A DNA stretch of 64,000 nucleotides from an uncultured Prevotellaceae bacterium (GTDB lineage Bacteria; Bacteroidota; Bacteroidia; Bacteroidales; Bacteroidaceae): positions 2,307-66,306 of the forward strand of contig CAMJAO010000001.1 in the NCBI GenBank assembly GCA_946403615.1. The letters run 5' to 3'. The notes under the pieces are model-generated. The model was not told where the DNA came from, made no database searches, and saw only the letters and a program-made list of their open reading frames with translations. Below are positions 50,228 to 60,707 of the stretch, in pieces (the first letter of the stretch is position 1; the number at the start of each line of letters is the position of its first letter). The position numbers and the translations under genes are program-made.

Positions 50228-53200
50228 CTATTTTACTGCCATGTGCATATGTGCCAGGGCTAATATCAGATGGATGTCCGTCCCTGTTCCTGTTGTTCGT
50301 TTTTCGGCCTTGATGCCGCATCCGCGGGCGTTGGTCGTTTCGCCGATGTCTCTGACAATCTGCCGGCACAACAAGAATGGTAACCGTTGGGAAGACGGGA
50401 AGAATAAAGTCTGGCATTCGCTTTCGCTTAACGCACATCGCTCTAATCTCAAGAGGATATCGACATACCGCTTGTCTGCTGAAGTGTTCACCTCTTCTAT
50501 GACCACCTTCTGCCCGTCGTTTTGTTTGCGGAGGATTTCAAAGAGGTAAGCCAGCATATCAGCATCGCACAACAGCACGCAGTCTTGTTTGTTCTCATGA
50601 ATGACATCGCGCTGGATCGTATTCAAATCGACAGGTTTGCACACGGGTTTGATGCTGTCCAGCTGCCGCATCGCCTGCGTGCTCAGCAACGTATATAGCT
50701 CTTTATAATAATGTGCCATTTCCTGAACCATATCCATGTTGCGATGCTTGTCTGCTATCAGCATCTGAATCCTCGACGGATAGTACATGGTTTCATGCTT
50801 GAGGGTACTCAAACAATTGTCCAACACACTGTTGCAGATATATAATTGCTCATGTTCATAGACAGCCCGGTGAAGTTCGTCCTCTGCAATATGGATATCA
50901 GTCATTCTGTTTTTCTTCATGGCCGCACTTTTTCTGAGTGCGGATTGGACTTGCGAGACGATGTCTTGCAGATTCTGCGGCAGACTGTCACTTGAACCGG
51001 CACGCAGCACCTGGCTGATACGGTTCAGTTTTTCTTCGTCTTCTGTGTCCTTCAGCAATATATCGTTGATGCCTTTCACTTTTTCAAGACAGAAACGATA
51101 ATAAACCAAATGCCGGTAGTAAAGGATATAATAAGCCACCACAATTAAGATAAGGAGCAGCACCAAGATGATGACTGCCATATCCTTGCTCGCTTTTGAA
51201 GCCTGCATCACCCTGCAATAATCTTCCAACGTATGGTCGGCCGAAATCTCCTTAAAGAGCTGCGTGTATACATTATTATTATATCTATAGATAGTCCATT
51301 CATGCAATGCGAGGGCAGCCACCGCAGATTCGTTACGCATGGATAAGATGATGTCATAATCTAAAGGGATTGCCTCATGCAACCACATCTCCTCGGGTTG
51401 AACCACCGACGTGGGGCCTAAAGAGCGGAGGGTGTCGGTTCCATTGGGTCTCAGTCTGAGATAATAGGCGTTTAAATGCGTGCGAATGGAGTCAGCGAAA
51501 CGTAATGTCTTGACATAATCACCGCTGACATTTGACGCATAAGCACTATCGGCATAACGGTCGCTCACCATCACATCTTCATCGTATAGATACGCATTGG
51601 GTTGTGCTAAAAGAGGAGCGCCCGCCATCATCATCCCGCCGATAATCAGCAACCGAGCGATGCCTTTAGGAAGGCGGAAATAGAAACGGCTGCCTTTGCC
51701 GGGCTGACTCTCCACGCCGATGCTGCATACCGAGAAGATGCTACTGATTTTTTTGTATTTTTCTATAATGCCCTTGCAGTTCAACAGTCCGAAGCCATGT
51801 CCCCGCTCCTGTCCTTTTTGATGGTTGGGGTGCGCCTCCATCCTCTCGGCTGCACCAGACCTATTGACATCAAAAAGGCTTTCGGCTACCTCTTGCTCCA
51901 TGCCGACACCCTCATCTTGCACCGACACCTCGACATATTCGTCTGTTGACGTGGAAAAGACACGCACCTCACCCCCGGGTTGGGTAAATTTACGCGCATT
52001 GTCTGCCATGGTGTTAATCATGAACAGCGTCAGAATACGGTCGGCCTTCACCACATCATCCGTGGCAGTGACCACGAGTTGGATGTCCTTCATCGCAAAG
52101 CCCATCCGTCCTTTTTCAATGATATCAAACAATTTCTGCAGCGGGAAACTCTCAATATGGAGTTTGATTTCCCCTTGTCGCAGCTGTATCCATTGTGTGA
52201 GCACATCGTTGTATTCGTTGATTTTGGCCGTTAATTCCCCGACATATTCCAATCGTCTCTCTCGTTCTTCTTCAGCATCGGCGTCTGTCACGAGTTTGTC
52301 TATTTCATGAAGCATCCGGTCGATAAAAGGAGTAATGCTATTGACCAACGAAATCTTTGCACGTTGCTCTAAATTCTCTTTCTTGTTTTTCTGGAGGAGC
52401 AAAGCAGCGATGGATTGCTGTTCAGTCACCTCCTCATATTGCTCGTCAAGAGCGGAAAAAGCCTGTTCATTGTCTTTTTCCCATTTCTCCAGAGGACGGG
52501 CCAGTTCCTCGAGGATATGTCCCCTACCCTTTTTCCTTCGCATCAAGATAAAAGCGGCTATGGAGAGGATGGTCGCCAATATCACAATCATCACAATCAC
52601 GATCATCATATTGGTCTGTGAAACCGCTTTATTGAGTTGGTCCGCCCTTGACTCTAAATAGCGGTCTTGTCGGGTCTGTTCTTGTTTATCAAGGTAATAG
52701 TTACGGTTGATGTCGCTGTTTTGCTTGTCATTCATGGCAGAATAGACCACGCTCAGTTGTTCACGGATAGAGGCCACCAGGTCGGGAGCTTGTTGGATGA
52801 GCGTGTCGCGCGATAATGCTTCTTGCAGGCACAGTAATGACGATTTGTAGTCATTTATGCCCCAAAAGCATTGTGCCAGTGTGCGGTAAGCACCTGCCAC
52901 CTGATACACATCGCCATAATTGCTGAACAGTTCTAATGAGCGTTGCGCTAAATAACCCGCAAGTAAGCTGTCAGGCATCATGTCTTGGTTCAGGTACTTC
53001 ATCGACGGCAGATTGCTCTCAATCAACTGAGCTGGGTCAGATATCAAGTGTTCGCTGATGGCCTGCAAAGCATTGGCTGTCCAAAAAGGATAATCGCCTT
53101 TCACTGACAGCATATAACACCGCATCAGATAGTCGAATTCCATCTGGTCGATATCTTCCTGGTCGCCTTCATTGATGATGCCGCCTGCGCCGATATTGTA

Positions 53201-53812
53201 AAGATAATTCAGGTATTGAGCTGTGTCGGACTGAATGTCCGTCTGGGTATCTATCTCACGCAGGGCGGCGGCAGACTGTTCCTCCAATCCTACATAATAA
53301 TAATAGGTGGAGGTGACAATAAAGAACTCCGAGAGCCCATATAGGAAACGTTTTTGGAGGTGCTCGCTCAGTTCGCTATACCCCTCATGAATGCGTTTGA
53401 TTTTTTCGATGGCACTCTCTTTGTACGTATAAAAGTCTTTGTTTTTTGACTCTCTCTGACAAAGGCGCATATATTGAACATCGGCAATCAGCAGTTCCAC
53501 CTGATTGTCGGTGATAAGGACCAATGAGTCTAACTGCCTGTAAGCAGTAGGATATTGCATCTTGATAATGCTGACAAAAGCCTGATGATTGAGAGCCTCG
53601 GCTTTTCCGCCATCGTAAGTTCCGGATTGCGCCATCGCTTCCGCTGCATAATACGATACAGTATCCAAGTTTCGGTAATGATAATCGTACGCTAAATCAT
53701 TCAGTTTGTCAACAGCTTCTTGATGACGGTGATGACAAGCTGATAAAAAGAAAAGCACCACGAATAAGAGAAGTGCTTGAATCTGACTATATGGTTTTGC
53801 CAACGAAATCAT
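50228..53812 (-). CDS. Large atypical sensor histidine kinase (DUF5112/DUF5113-like)
   Basis: Lipobox-like FLSAC, TPR-like region, TM and HATPase (NARKFT, DEGVG, GHGFGL), then a second sensor/TM/kinase-like module. Confidence 0.8.
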   Translation of the reverse strand: MISLAKPYSQIQALLLFVVLFFLSACHHRHQEAVDKLNDLAYDYHYRNLDTVSYYAAEAMAQSGTYDGGKAEALNHQAFVSIIKMQYPTAYRQLDSLVLITDNQVELLIADVQYMRLCQRESKNKDFYTYKESAIEKIKRIHEGYSELSEHLQKRFLYGLSEFFIVTSTYYYYVGLEEQSAAALREIDTQTDIQSDTAQYLNYLYNIGAGGIINEGDQEDIDQMEFDYLMRCYMLSVKGDYPFWTANALQAISEHLISDPAQLIESNLPSMKYLNQDMMPDSLLAGYLAQRSLELFSNYGDVYQVAGAYRTLAQCFWGINDYKSSLLCLQEALSRDTLIQQAPDLVASIREQLSVVYSAMNDKQNSDINRNYYLDKQEQTRQDRYLESRADQLNKAVSQTNMMIVIVMIVILATILSIAAFILMRRKKGRGHILEELARPLEKWEKDNEQAFSALDEQYEEVTEQQSIAALLLQKNKKENLEQRAKISLVNSITPFIDRMLHEIDKLVTDADAEEERERRLEYVGELTAKINEYNDVLTQWIQLRQGEIKLHIESFPLQKLFDIIEKGRMGFAMKDIQLVVTATDDVVKADRILTLFMINTMADNARKFTQPGGEVRVFSTSTDEYVEVSVQDEGVGMEQEVAESLFDVNRSGAAERMEAHPNHQKGQERGHGFGLLNCKGIIEKYKKISSIFSVCSIGVESQPGKGSRFYFRLPKGIARLLIIGGMMMAGAPLLAQPNAYLYDEDVMVSDRYADSAYASNVSGDYVKTLRFADSIRTHLNAYYLRLRPNGTDTLRSLGPTSVVQPEEMWLHEAIPLDYDIILSMRNESAVAALALHEWTIYRYNNNVYTQLFKEISADHTLEDYCRVMQASKASKDMAVIILVLLLILIVVAYYILYYRHLVYYRFCLEKVKGINDILLKDTEDEEKLNRISQVLRAGSSDSLPQNLQDIVSQVQSALRKSAAMKKNRMTDIHIAEDELHRAVYEHEQLYICNSVLDNCLSTLKHETMYYPSRIQMLIADKHRNMDMVQEMAHYYKELYTLLSTQAMRQLDSIKPVCKPVDLNTIQRDVIHENKQDCVLLCDADMLAYLFEILRKQNDGQKVVIEEVNTSADKRYVDILLRLERCALSESECQTLFFPSSQRLPFLLCRQIVRDIGETTNARGCGIKAEKRTTGTGTDIHLILALAHMHMAVK

Positions 53813-53883
53813 TCATAAAAAAGAAAACCAGTCTCCCCCCGATTCAAAAAGAACACGGGAAGAGACCGGGCTATAAAATCTGA

Positions 53884-54555
53884 TTATCCACGTGCTGCGG
53901 CAATATAACCTAAAACCTCTGCACATTTGTCGGAAATGGCTTTCCAGTCTTTTGCTGCCACAATCTCTTTGGGGAAGAGTTTCGAACCCATACCCACGCA
54001 GAGCACACCAGCCTTAATCCAGCTCTCCAGGTTCTCCTTCTCGGGAGCCACACCGCCGGTGACCATGATGTTGGACCATCTCAGAGGAGCCATCACGTTC
54101 TTCACAAACGAGGGACCGCCTACGTTGCCTGCAGGGAACACCTTGGTGACATCACAACCCATCGCTTGGGCGTTGTTAATCTCACTCACTGAGCCACAAC
54201 CCGGGCTATAGGGCACCAGTCTGCGGTTGCAAATCTCGCATATGGCGGGGTTGAAATTAGGACCTACGATGAAGTTGGCACCCAACTGCAAATAGAGTGC
54301 AGCAGTAGCGGGGTCAACAACGGTGCCTACACCCATAATCATCTCCGGACAATTTTTCTCCACCCATTTGTTCACCTCAGCAAACACCTCATGGGCATAA
54401 TCGCCGCGGTTGGTAAACTCAAACACACGAACACCGCCGTCATAACAGGCTTTAATCACATTCTTAGCTACTTCTGCATCTTGATGGTAGAACACGGGCA
54501 CCATACCGGTCTCACGCATAGCTGTGATGACCTGAACTTTATTAAATCTTGCCAT
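53884..54555 (-). CDS. eda: KDPG/KHG aldolase
   Basis: FEFTNR, GVGTV, KVFPA and VTGGV motifs. Confidence 0.92.
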   Translation of the reverse strand: MARFNKVQVITAMRETGMVPVFYHQDAEVAKNVIKACYDGGVRVFEFTNRGDYAHEVFAEVNKWVEKNCPEMIMGVGTVVDPATAALYLQLGANFIVGPNFNPAICEICNRRLVPYSPGCGSVSEINNAQAMGCDVTKVFPAGNVGGPSFVKNVMAPLRWSNIMVTGGVAPEKENLESWIKAGVLCVGMGSKLFPKEIVAAKDWKAISDKCAEVLGYIAAARG

Positions 54556-54570
54556 ATTGTCTGTATGATA

Positions 54571-55596
54571 TTAACGTTGTACACGGCCAGAGGCATCACC
54601 GCCAGCCAGATTTTCCACTTCCTCGCGAGAAACCAGATTGAAATCACCGGGAATAGTGTGTTTCAACGCAGATGCTGCCACAGCAAACTCCAATGCTTTA
54701 CCTTGGTTGTCGGGATATGTCAACAAACCGTGAATCAGACCGCCCGAGAAAGAGTCGCCACCGCCCACACGGTCGATAATCGGCATGATGTCATAACGTT
54801 TACTCTGATAGAACTCCTTGCCATTGTAGATGAGCGCTTTCCATCCGTTATGCGTGGCAGAGAAAGACTCGCGGAGTGTGCTTACTACATATTTGAATCC
54901 AAAGGTCTCCATCATACCCTTGAAGATGCCATAATAGCCTTCGGCGTCGGTTTTTCCGCCTTCCACATCTGCTTCGGGTTTGAATCCCAGACAGAGCTGT
55001 GCATCTTCCTCATTGCCGATACATACATCCACATATTGCATCAGCGGTTTCATGATGCTTTGTGCTTTCTCTGAAGTCCACAGTTTCTTTCGGAAATTCA
55101 GGTCGCAACTGACCGTCACACCATGACGTTTGGCAGCTTCGCAAGCAAGACGTGTCAACTCAGCTGCTTTGTCGCTGATGGCCGGTGTGATGCCGCTCCA
55201 GTGGAACCACTGTGCGCCTTCCATGATTTGATCGAAATCGAAATCTTCGGGATCAGCCTCTGCAATAGAGCTGCCAGCACGGTCGTAAATCACTTTCGAG
55301 GGACGCATCGAAGCACCTGTTTCTAAGTAATAGATGCCCACACGGTTGCCACCGCGAGCAATAAACTGTGTGTTAACTCCATATTTGCGGAGAGCATTCA
55401 CGGCACACTGGCCGATTTCGTGTTTGGGCAGTTTGGTTACGAAGAAGGCCTCATGACCATAATTTGCCACACTCACTGCGACATTGGCCTCGCCACCACC
55501 ATACACCACATCAAAGAACTCACTCTGCACGAACCTTTTCTGTCCGGGAGAAGACAGGCGAAGCATAATCTCGCCTAAAGTTACAACTTTTGCCAT
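54571..55596 (-). CDS. kdgK: 2-keto-3-deoxygluconate kinase (PfkB)
   Basis: Start MAKVVTLGEIMLRLS at 55596; GGGEANVA and DRVGGGDSF. Confidence 0.92.
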   Translation of the reverse strand: MAKVVTLGEIMLRLSSPGQKRFVQSEFFDVVYGGGEANVAVSVANYGHEAFFVTKLPKHEIGQCAVNALRKYGVNTQFIARGGNRVGIYYLETGASMRPSKVIYDRAGSSIAEADPEDFDFDQIMEGAQWFHWSGITPAISDKAAELTRLACEAAKRHGVTVSCDLNFRKKLWTSEKAQSIMKPLMQYVDVCIGNEEDAQLCLGFKPEADVEGGKTDAEGYYGIFKGMMETFGFKYVVSTLRESFSATHNGWKALIYNGKEFYQSKRYDIMPIIDRVGGGDSFSGGLIHGLLTYPDNQGKALEFAVAASALKHTIPGDFNLVSREEVENLAGGDASGRVQR

Positions 55597-55724
55597 TTTT
55601 TTGTTTTGTCTTTTTAAGTTTTTAAATGGAATGTTTCGTTTTAACGGTACAAAAATAGTATATATTTCTTGAAAAAAGAAAGAAATGCGGAAAAAAAAGC
55701 ATTTTTCTTGAAATATTCTTGCTG

Positions 55725-55736
55725 TGTGTTCGCACA
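55725..55736. promoter_or_regulatory. Candidate LacI-family operator
   Basis: Imperfect palindrome TGTG-TTCG-CACA between the divergent kdgK and LacI genes. Confidence 0.4.
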
Positions 55737-55792
55737 ATTCAATAAATCTTGTTATTTTTGCACTGCATTTAAGCGACGCGTTACATTTCACG

Positions 55793-56860
55793 ATGAAAGA
55801 AAAAATCAGAATCAAGGACATTGCTTTGCGGGCAGGTGTGTCCGTTGGAACAGTGGATCGTGTACTGCACAACAGGCCCAACATCTCGAAGTCAGCACGT
55901 GAAAAAGTGGAGAAAGCACTTCAGGAGATGAACTATCAACCCAACATGTATGCCAGCGCGCTGGCGTATAACCGGTCTTATACGTTTTATTGCATGATGC
56001 CCAAGCATGCCTCCGAAGCCTATTGGGAAGAGATAGAAGAAGGAGCCATGCGGGCATGTGACACCCGCCGTGATTTCCATATTGATGTCAAGTTCATTTA
56101 TTATACCAGGTTGAATGACAGCACTTTTGTGTCGGCATATCAGAAATGCTTAGACTCTTCGCCCGACGGTGTGGTGATTGTTCCGGCCAATCTGGAAATC
56201 ACACGCGACTTCACCAATATTCTTCATGAGCGCAACATCCCCTTCGTCCTGCTCGACTCGTATATGCCCGATTTGCGTCCGCTGGCCTTTTACGGTCAGG
56301 ACTCGCTCAGCAGCGGTTACTTTGCCGCCAAAATGCTCATGTTGCTGGCAGCTAAGGAGAAGGAACTGATGCTCATGAAACTGACACGTGATGGCAGAGT
56401 GGCCAGCAAACAGCAAGACAACCGTGAGGTGGGATTCAAACACTACATGAGCGACCACTTTCCGAAGGTGAAGATACATGAAGTGCTTTTGCCTTTAGAG
56501 GATGAGGACAAGGAGTCGTACGATGAGATCTTGGAGCAGTTCTTCTCTTCTCACCCTCAAGTGCACCACTGCATCACTTTTTGCTCAAGGGCACATATCG
56601 TGGGCGATTTCTTGTTGCGTACTAACCGCCGCGACGTGCAGATTATGGGTTATGACATGGTGCAGAAAAATGCCCGATGTCTGAGAGAGGGCAGTATCTC
56701 GTTCCTCATTGCCCAGCACGCATATATGCAGGGCTATTATTGCATCGAGGCCTTGTTTCGCGCCATTGTGTTGAAAGCAGAGGTGCCCCCCGTCAATTAC
56801 ATGCCCATTGAGATTCTGAACCAAGAGAATGTGGATTTTTATCAGCGAACTATGATATAA
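55793..56860 (+). CDS. LacI-family regulator (UxuR-like)
   Basis: IKDIALRAGVSVGTVDRVLH HTH; located in a hexuronate cluster. Confidence 0.9.
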   Translation: MKEKIRIKDIALRAGVSVGTVDRVLHNRPNISKSAREKVEKALQEMNYQPNMYASALAYNRSYTFYCMMPKHASEAYWEEIEEGAMRACDTRRDFHIDVKFIYYTRLNDSTFVSAYQKCLDSSPDGVVIVPANLEITRDFTNILHERNIPFVLLDSYMPDLRPLAFYGQDSLSSGYFAAKMLMLLAAKEKELMLMKLTRDGRVASKQQDNREVGFKHYMSDHFPKVKIHEVLLPLEDEDKESYDEILEQFFSSHPQVHHCITFCSRAHIVGDFLLRTNRRDVQIMGYDMVQKNARCLREGSISFLIAQHAYMQGYYCIEALFRAIVLKAEVPPVNYMPIEILNQENVDFYQRTMI

Positions 56861-56873
56861 ACTTTTTTACACT

Positions 56874-58370
56874 ATGAACAAATCATCTTTTATCAAAATC
56901 AACCCCGCAGACTCGGTTGTAGTTTGCCTTCGTGAACTGAAAAAGGGCGAAGTCATCGAAGTGGACGGAGCGGCCATCCAAGTGCGTCAGGACACCCCCG
57001 CCGGACACAAGATACTCATTGCTGACAAAGCACAGGGTGAAAACATTATTAAATATGGTTACCCTATCGGTCACGCCAAGAAGGATCTGCTTGCCGGTGA
57101 GTGGGTCAATGAGAACAATCTGAAGACCAACCTTTCCGGCACCCTGACTTACGAATACCACCCTGTTGACGAAAAACTGTCGATAGCGGATGAAAACCGC
57201 ACCTTCATGGGCTATCAAAGGAAGAATGGCGAGGTGGGCATCAGAAACGAAATATGGATTGTGCCTACTGTAGGATGTGTCAATGGCATAGCCGAACGGT
57301 TGGCGCAACAACTGCGTGAAGAGACGAAATGCGAAGGCATTGATGCTGTCTTTTCATGGCATCATAATTATGGATGCTCGCAATTGAGCGGTGACCATGA
57401 GAATACACGTAAAGTACTGCGCGACATCGTTTTACACCCCAATGCAGGAGCAGTGCTGGTACTCGGTTTAGGGTGCGAGAACAACCAACCCGATGCCTTT
57501 ATGGAGATGTTAGGCGACTACGACAAGGAGAGAATCAAACTGCTTGTCACCCAGAAAGTTGACGGTGACGAGGTTGAAGCAGGCATGGCCATACTTCGTG
57601 AGTTGTACCAGATAGCAAAAGAAGACAAGCGTACCCTGTGTCCACTGAACGAACTGCGCGTAGGATTGAAATGCGGTGGCAGTGACGGATTCAGCGGCAT
57701 CACAGCCAATCCGTTGGTGGGCGAATTCTCTGATTATCTGGTCGCACAAGGCGGCACGTCTGTACTGACTGAGGTGCCAGAAATGTTCGGTGCTGAAACC
57801 ATCCTGATGAACCGTTGCGAGACGCCAGAGTTGTTTGAGCAGACCGTCCATCTTATCAACGATTTCAAAGAGTATTTCTTGAGCCATGGCGAACCCGTTG
57901 GTGAAAACCCCTCGCCCGGCAACAAGGCCGGTGGCATCTCCACCCTTGAGGACAAAGCGCTGGGTTGTACGCAGAAGTGTGGCCGGGCACCTGTCAGCGG
58001 TGTGATGATGTATGGTGACCGTTTGCAGCATAAGGGATTGAACCTGCTCTCTGCGCCAGGCAATGACTTGGTGGCAGCTACAGCGCTGGCCGCTTCCGGT
58101 TGCCAAATCGTGTTGTTTACCACCGGACGTGGAACGCCCTTTGGCACATTCATCCCGACCATGAAGGTTTCCACCAACAGCAATCTGTTTGCCAGAAAAT
58201 CTAACTGGATAGACTTCAATGCCGGTGAATTGGTTGAAGGGGTGTCCATGGACGCTTTGCTCCGCCGTTTCATTGACAAGATTGTTGCCGTGGCCAGTGG
58301 TGAGCTGACTCGTAATGAAATCAACGGTTACCGTGAGATCTCCATCTTTAAAAATGGGGTGACATTGTAA
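56874..58370 (+). CDS. uxaA: Altronate dehydratase
   Basis: SAF domain, HNYGCSQL, CGGSDGFSG and FTTGRGTP. Confidence 0.93.
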   Translation: MNKSSFIKINPADSVVVCLRELKKGEVIEVDGAAIQVRQDTPAGHKILIADKAQGENIIKYGYPIGHAKKDLLAGEWVNENNLKTNLSGTLTYEYHPVDEKLSIADENRTFMGYQRKNGEVGIRNEIWIVPTVGCVNGIAERLAQQLREETKCEGIDAVFSWHHNYGCSQLSGDHENTRKVLRDIVLHPNAGAVLVLGLGCENNQPDAFMEMLGDYDKERIKLLVTQKVDGDEVEAGMAILRELYQIAKEDKRTLCPLNELRVGLKCGGSDGFSGITANPLVGEFSDYLVAQGGTSVLTEVPEMFGAETILMNRCETPELFEQTVHLINDFKEYFLSHGEPVGENPSPGNKAGGISTLEDKALGCTQKCGRAPVSGVMMYGDRLQHKGLNLLSAPGNDLVAATALAASGCQIVLFTTGRGTPFGTFIPTMKVSTNSNLFARKSNWIDFNAGELVEGVSMDALLRRFIDKIVAVASGELTRNEINGYREISIFKNGVTL

Positions 58371-58442
58371 CCACGTCTTCGACGATATGGAGAGGGGAAA
58401 CCCTCTCCTCATTATTTATATCATCAGTCATCCGTTACCGTT

Positions 58443-59726
58443 TTGAGCAACAAGAAAGGTTTATTCGCCCTCAGCCCTCTGTTCGTCTTTGCCGCGTTTT
58501 ATTTGGTATCATCCATTGCTGCTGACGATTTTTACAAGGTGCCACTGACTGTCGCATTTATGTTTGCCAGCATTTACGCGATAGCCATTTCCGGCGGTTT
58601 TCCTCTTGCCAAGCGGGTGGCTATGTATAGCAAGGGAGCCGGTACGGACAACCTCATTTTGATGCTTTGGATTTTTGTCATGGCAGGTTCTTTTGCACAA
58701 GCGGCGAAAGATATTGGTTGCGTGGATGCCACGGTCAACACCATACTCCACGCCTTACCTGACGGTATGATTTTACCGGGCCTGTTCCTTGCGTCGTGTG
58801 TCATCTCATTGTCTATCGGTACCAGCGTCGGCACTATCGTTGCACTCACTCCTATTGCAGTGGGAATCGCCGGAACGACAGGCGGACAGGTTCCCTTATT
58901 TACTGCTGTGGTCGTTGGCGGGTCTTTCTTTGGCGACAACTTATCGTTTATCTCTGACACAACCATCGCAGCCACCTCAACGCAAGGTTGTAATATGAGA
59001 GACAAGTTCAGGGTCAATTCTTTTATTGTCATCCCAGTCGCAGTCATTGTGTTGGCGATATATGGTTTCGTGGGTTCTGACATTCAGGCTCCCAGTCACA
59101 TCCCCCCGATCGATCTGGTCAAGTTTATTCCATACTTGTTGGTGCTGCTTACCGCTCTGTTGGGAATGAATGTGATGGCCGTGTTGACGATAGGTATCCT
59201 TTCGACTGGACTGATTGGTTTTTGCACGGGTTCGATGGACTTTTACGGATGGCTGGGCTCGATGGGCAACGGTATTATGTCTATGGGCGAATTGATCATT
59301 ATCACCATGATGGCCGGTGGTTTACTGGAAATGATTAAGGCCAATGGTGGAATAGACTATTTGATTCAGAAGATGACATCACATGTCAATTCCAAGAAAG
59401 GTGCAGAGCTGTCTGTCTCCGCTTTGGTCTGTTTCGTAAATATCTGCACGGCCAACAACACCGTTGCCATTCTCACTGTAGGTGGCATTGTAAAAGAGAT
59501 CGGCGACCGCTATGGCCTTGACAACCGCAAATGCGCCAGCATTTTAGATACCGTTTCCTGTTGCATACAAGGGCTGTTGCCCTATGGAGCTCAACTGCTG
59601 ATGGCGGCAGGACTGGCAGCAGTGAGTCCCATTGAATTCCTGCCGTACCTGTATTACCCGGTCGGTATTGGTTTCGCCGTCATTTTGTCGGTCATCTTCA
59701 GATATCCCAAAAGATATTCCACTTAA
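58443..59726 (+). CDS. NhaC-family Na+/H+ antiporter-like transporter
   Basis: GTSVGT and FFGDNLSFISDTT motifs. Confidence 0.88.
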   Translation: MSNKKGLFALSPLFVFAAFYLVSSIAADDFYKVPLTVAFMFASIYAIAISGGFPLAKRVAMYSKGAGTDNLILMLWIFVMAGSFAQAAKDIGCVDATVNTILHALPDGMILPGLFLASCVISLSIGTSVGTIVALTPIAVGIAGTTGGQVPLFTAVVVGGSFFGDNLSFISDTTIAATSTQGCNMRDKFRVNSFIVIPVAVIVLAIYGFVGSDIQAPSHIPPIDLVKFIPYLLVLLTALLGMNVMAVLTIGILSTGLIGFCTGSMDFYGWLGSMGNGIMSMGELIIITMMAGGLLEMIKANGGIDYLIQKMTSHVNSKKGAELSVSALVCFVNICTANNTVAILTVGGIVKEIGDRYGLDNRKCASILDTVSCCIQGLLPYGAQLLMAAGLAAVSPIEFLPYLYYPVGIGFAVILSVIFRYPKRYST

Positions 59727-59741
59727 ATACCTCATTGGCAG

Positions 59742-60551
59742 ATGGACATCGTATTATATACTTTTCTACAGTTGTTGCGTTCTGGCTCGTTCGGGCTGTC
59801 AGCACGTGTGCGCCCTCTTTCGCCGTATAAATGGAAGAAAGTGGTAGAACTGACCTGTCTGCATGATGTGGCAGACCTCATTTGGAAAGGTGTGCAGCGC
59901 CAGTCTGCCATACCGACCATGAACATCCCCGGTCCGCAGCGTGACGAGATAGCTAAACGCGCTGGTGCTAAGCGGTTGTCCATGGCTGACCATTATCCGC
60001 TGTCAACCGCCACATTGCCTGGGAAGAGGGCCAACCAACGGTTGGGAACGATTAAAGATGAGAGCCACTCTAAAGATGTAACACGTGAAACGTTACTGAT
60101 TTTTTCACTTTTAACACACAATACCGAGCGGATGCTCAACACCGGATTTCATCTGCGAGGATTGATTGACCTTGGCGTTGCGCTGCGCGCCATCGGCGAC
60201 AAGGTTGACTATGTGCTCATTGACAAATGGCTCGACCAGACCAGCATGCGGCGTATGGCACAACTTCAGGCCAGTATCCTCATGGATTTGTTTGATTTCG
60301 ATGCAGATGAATTTCCCTTTATGCGCCGAAAGGAAAAGAATGCGGGGCTACTGGCGGTCAAGTGCATACCGAATATTCAAATGCTCAGCAACCCGGGTGA
60401 CGAAAACGCTGAAGGATATATGAATGACAACAAACGGCGTCTGTCAAAGGGAATTCATCGCATGAACATCTATTTCCGCTATTCTCCTTCAGGCAGTTTT
60501 AAGAGCATGCTCAACAGCATGGCCGACGGTCTGTCGCAAATAGAAGAATAA
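59742..60551 (+). CDS. Nucleotidyltransferase-family-like protein lacking the catalytic core
   Basis: N-terminus (FLQLLRSG...W) and LRGLIDL/KVDY C-terminus are present; no GDxD motif. Confidence 0.55.
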   Translation: MDIVLYTFLQLLRSGSFGLSARVRPLSPYKWKKVVELTCLHDVADLIWKGVQRQSAIPTMNIPGPQRDEIAKRAGAKRLSMADHYPLSTATLPGKRANQRLGTIKDESHSKDVTRETLLIFSLLTHNTERMLNTGFHLRGLIDLGVALRAIGDKVDYVLIDKWLDQTSMRRMAQLQASILMDLFDFDADEFPFMRRKEKNAGLLAVKCIPNIQMLSNPGDENAEGYMNDNKRRLSKGIHRMNIYFRYSPSGSFKSMLNSMADGLSQIEE

Positions 60552-60707
60552 TTCGTGAAAAAAAATTAAAATATCACTTTTCATCTCAAATAGTTCATTT
60601 CATATCGGAAAATCCTATTTTTTTCGTATCTTTGCATTCGATTACGCGGAGGGCGCTTGGGATGACAGTCTTGCCGTTCGTGAAGAATCGCTTAATGGAG
60701 GTCAAAA

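Noticed and set aside
55597..55884. N-terminal extension of kdgK (and similar extensions on mutA, ftsY, LacI and uvrA) in the ORF track
   Set aside because: The extensions cross promoter DNA or divergent genes; downstream ATGs match the family N-termini.
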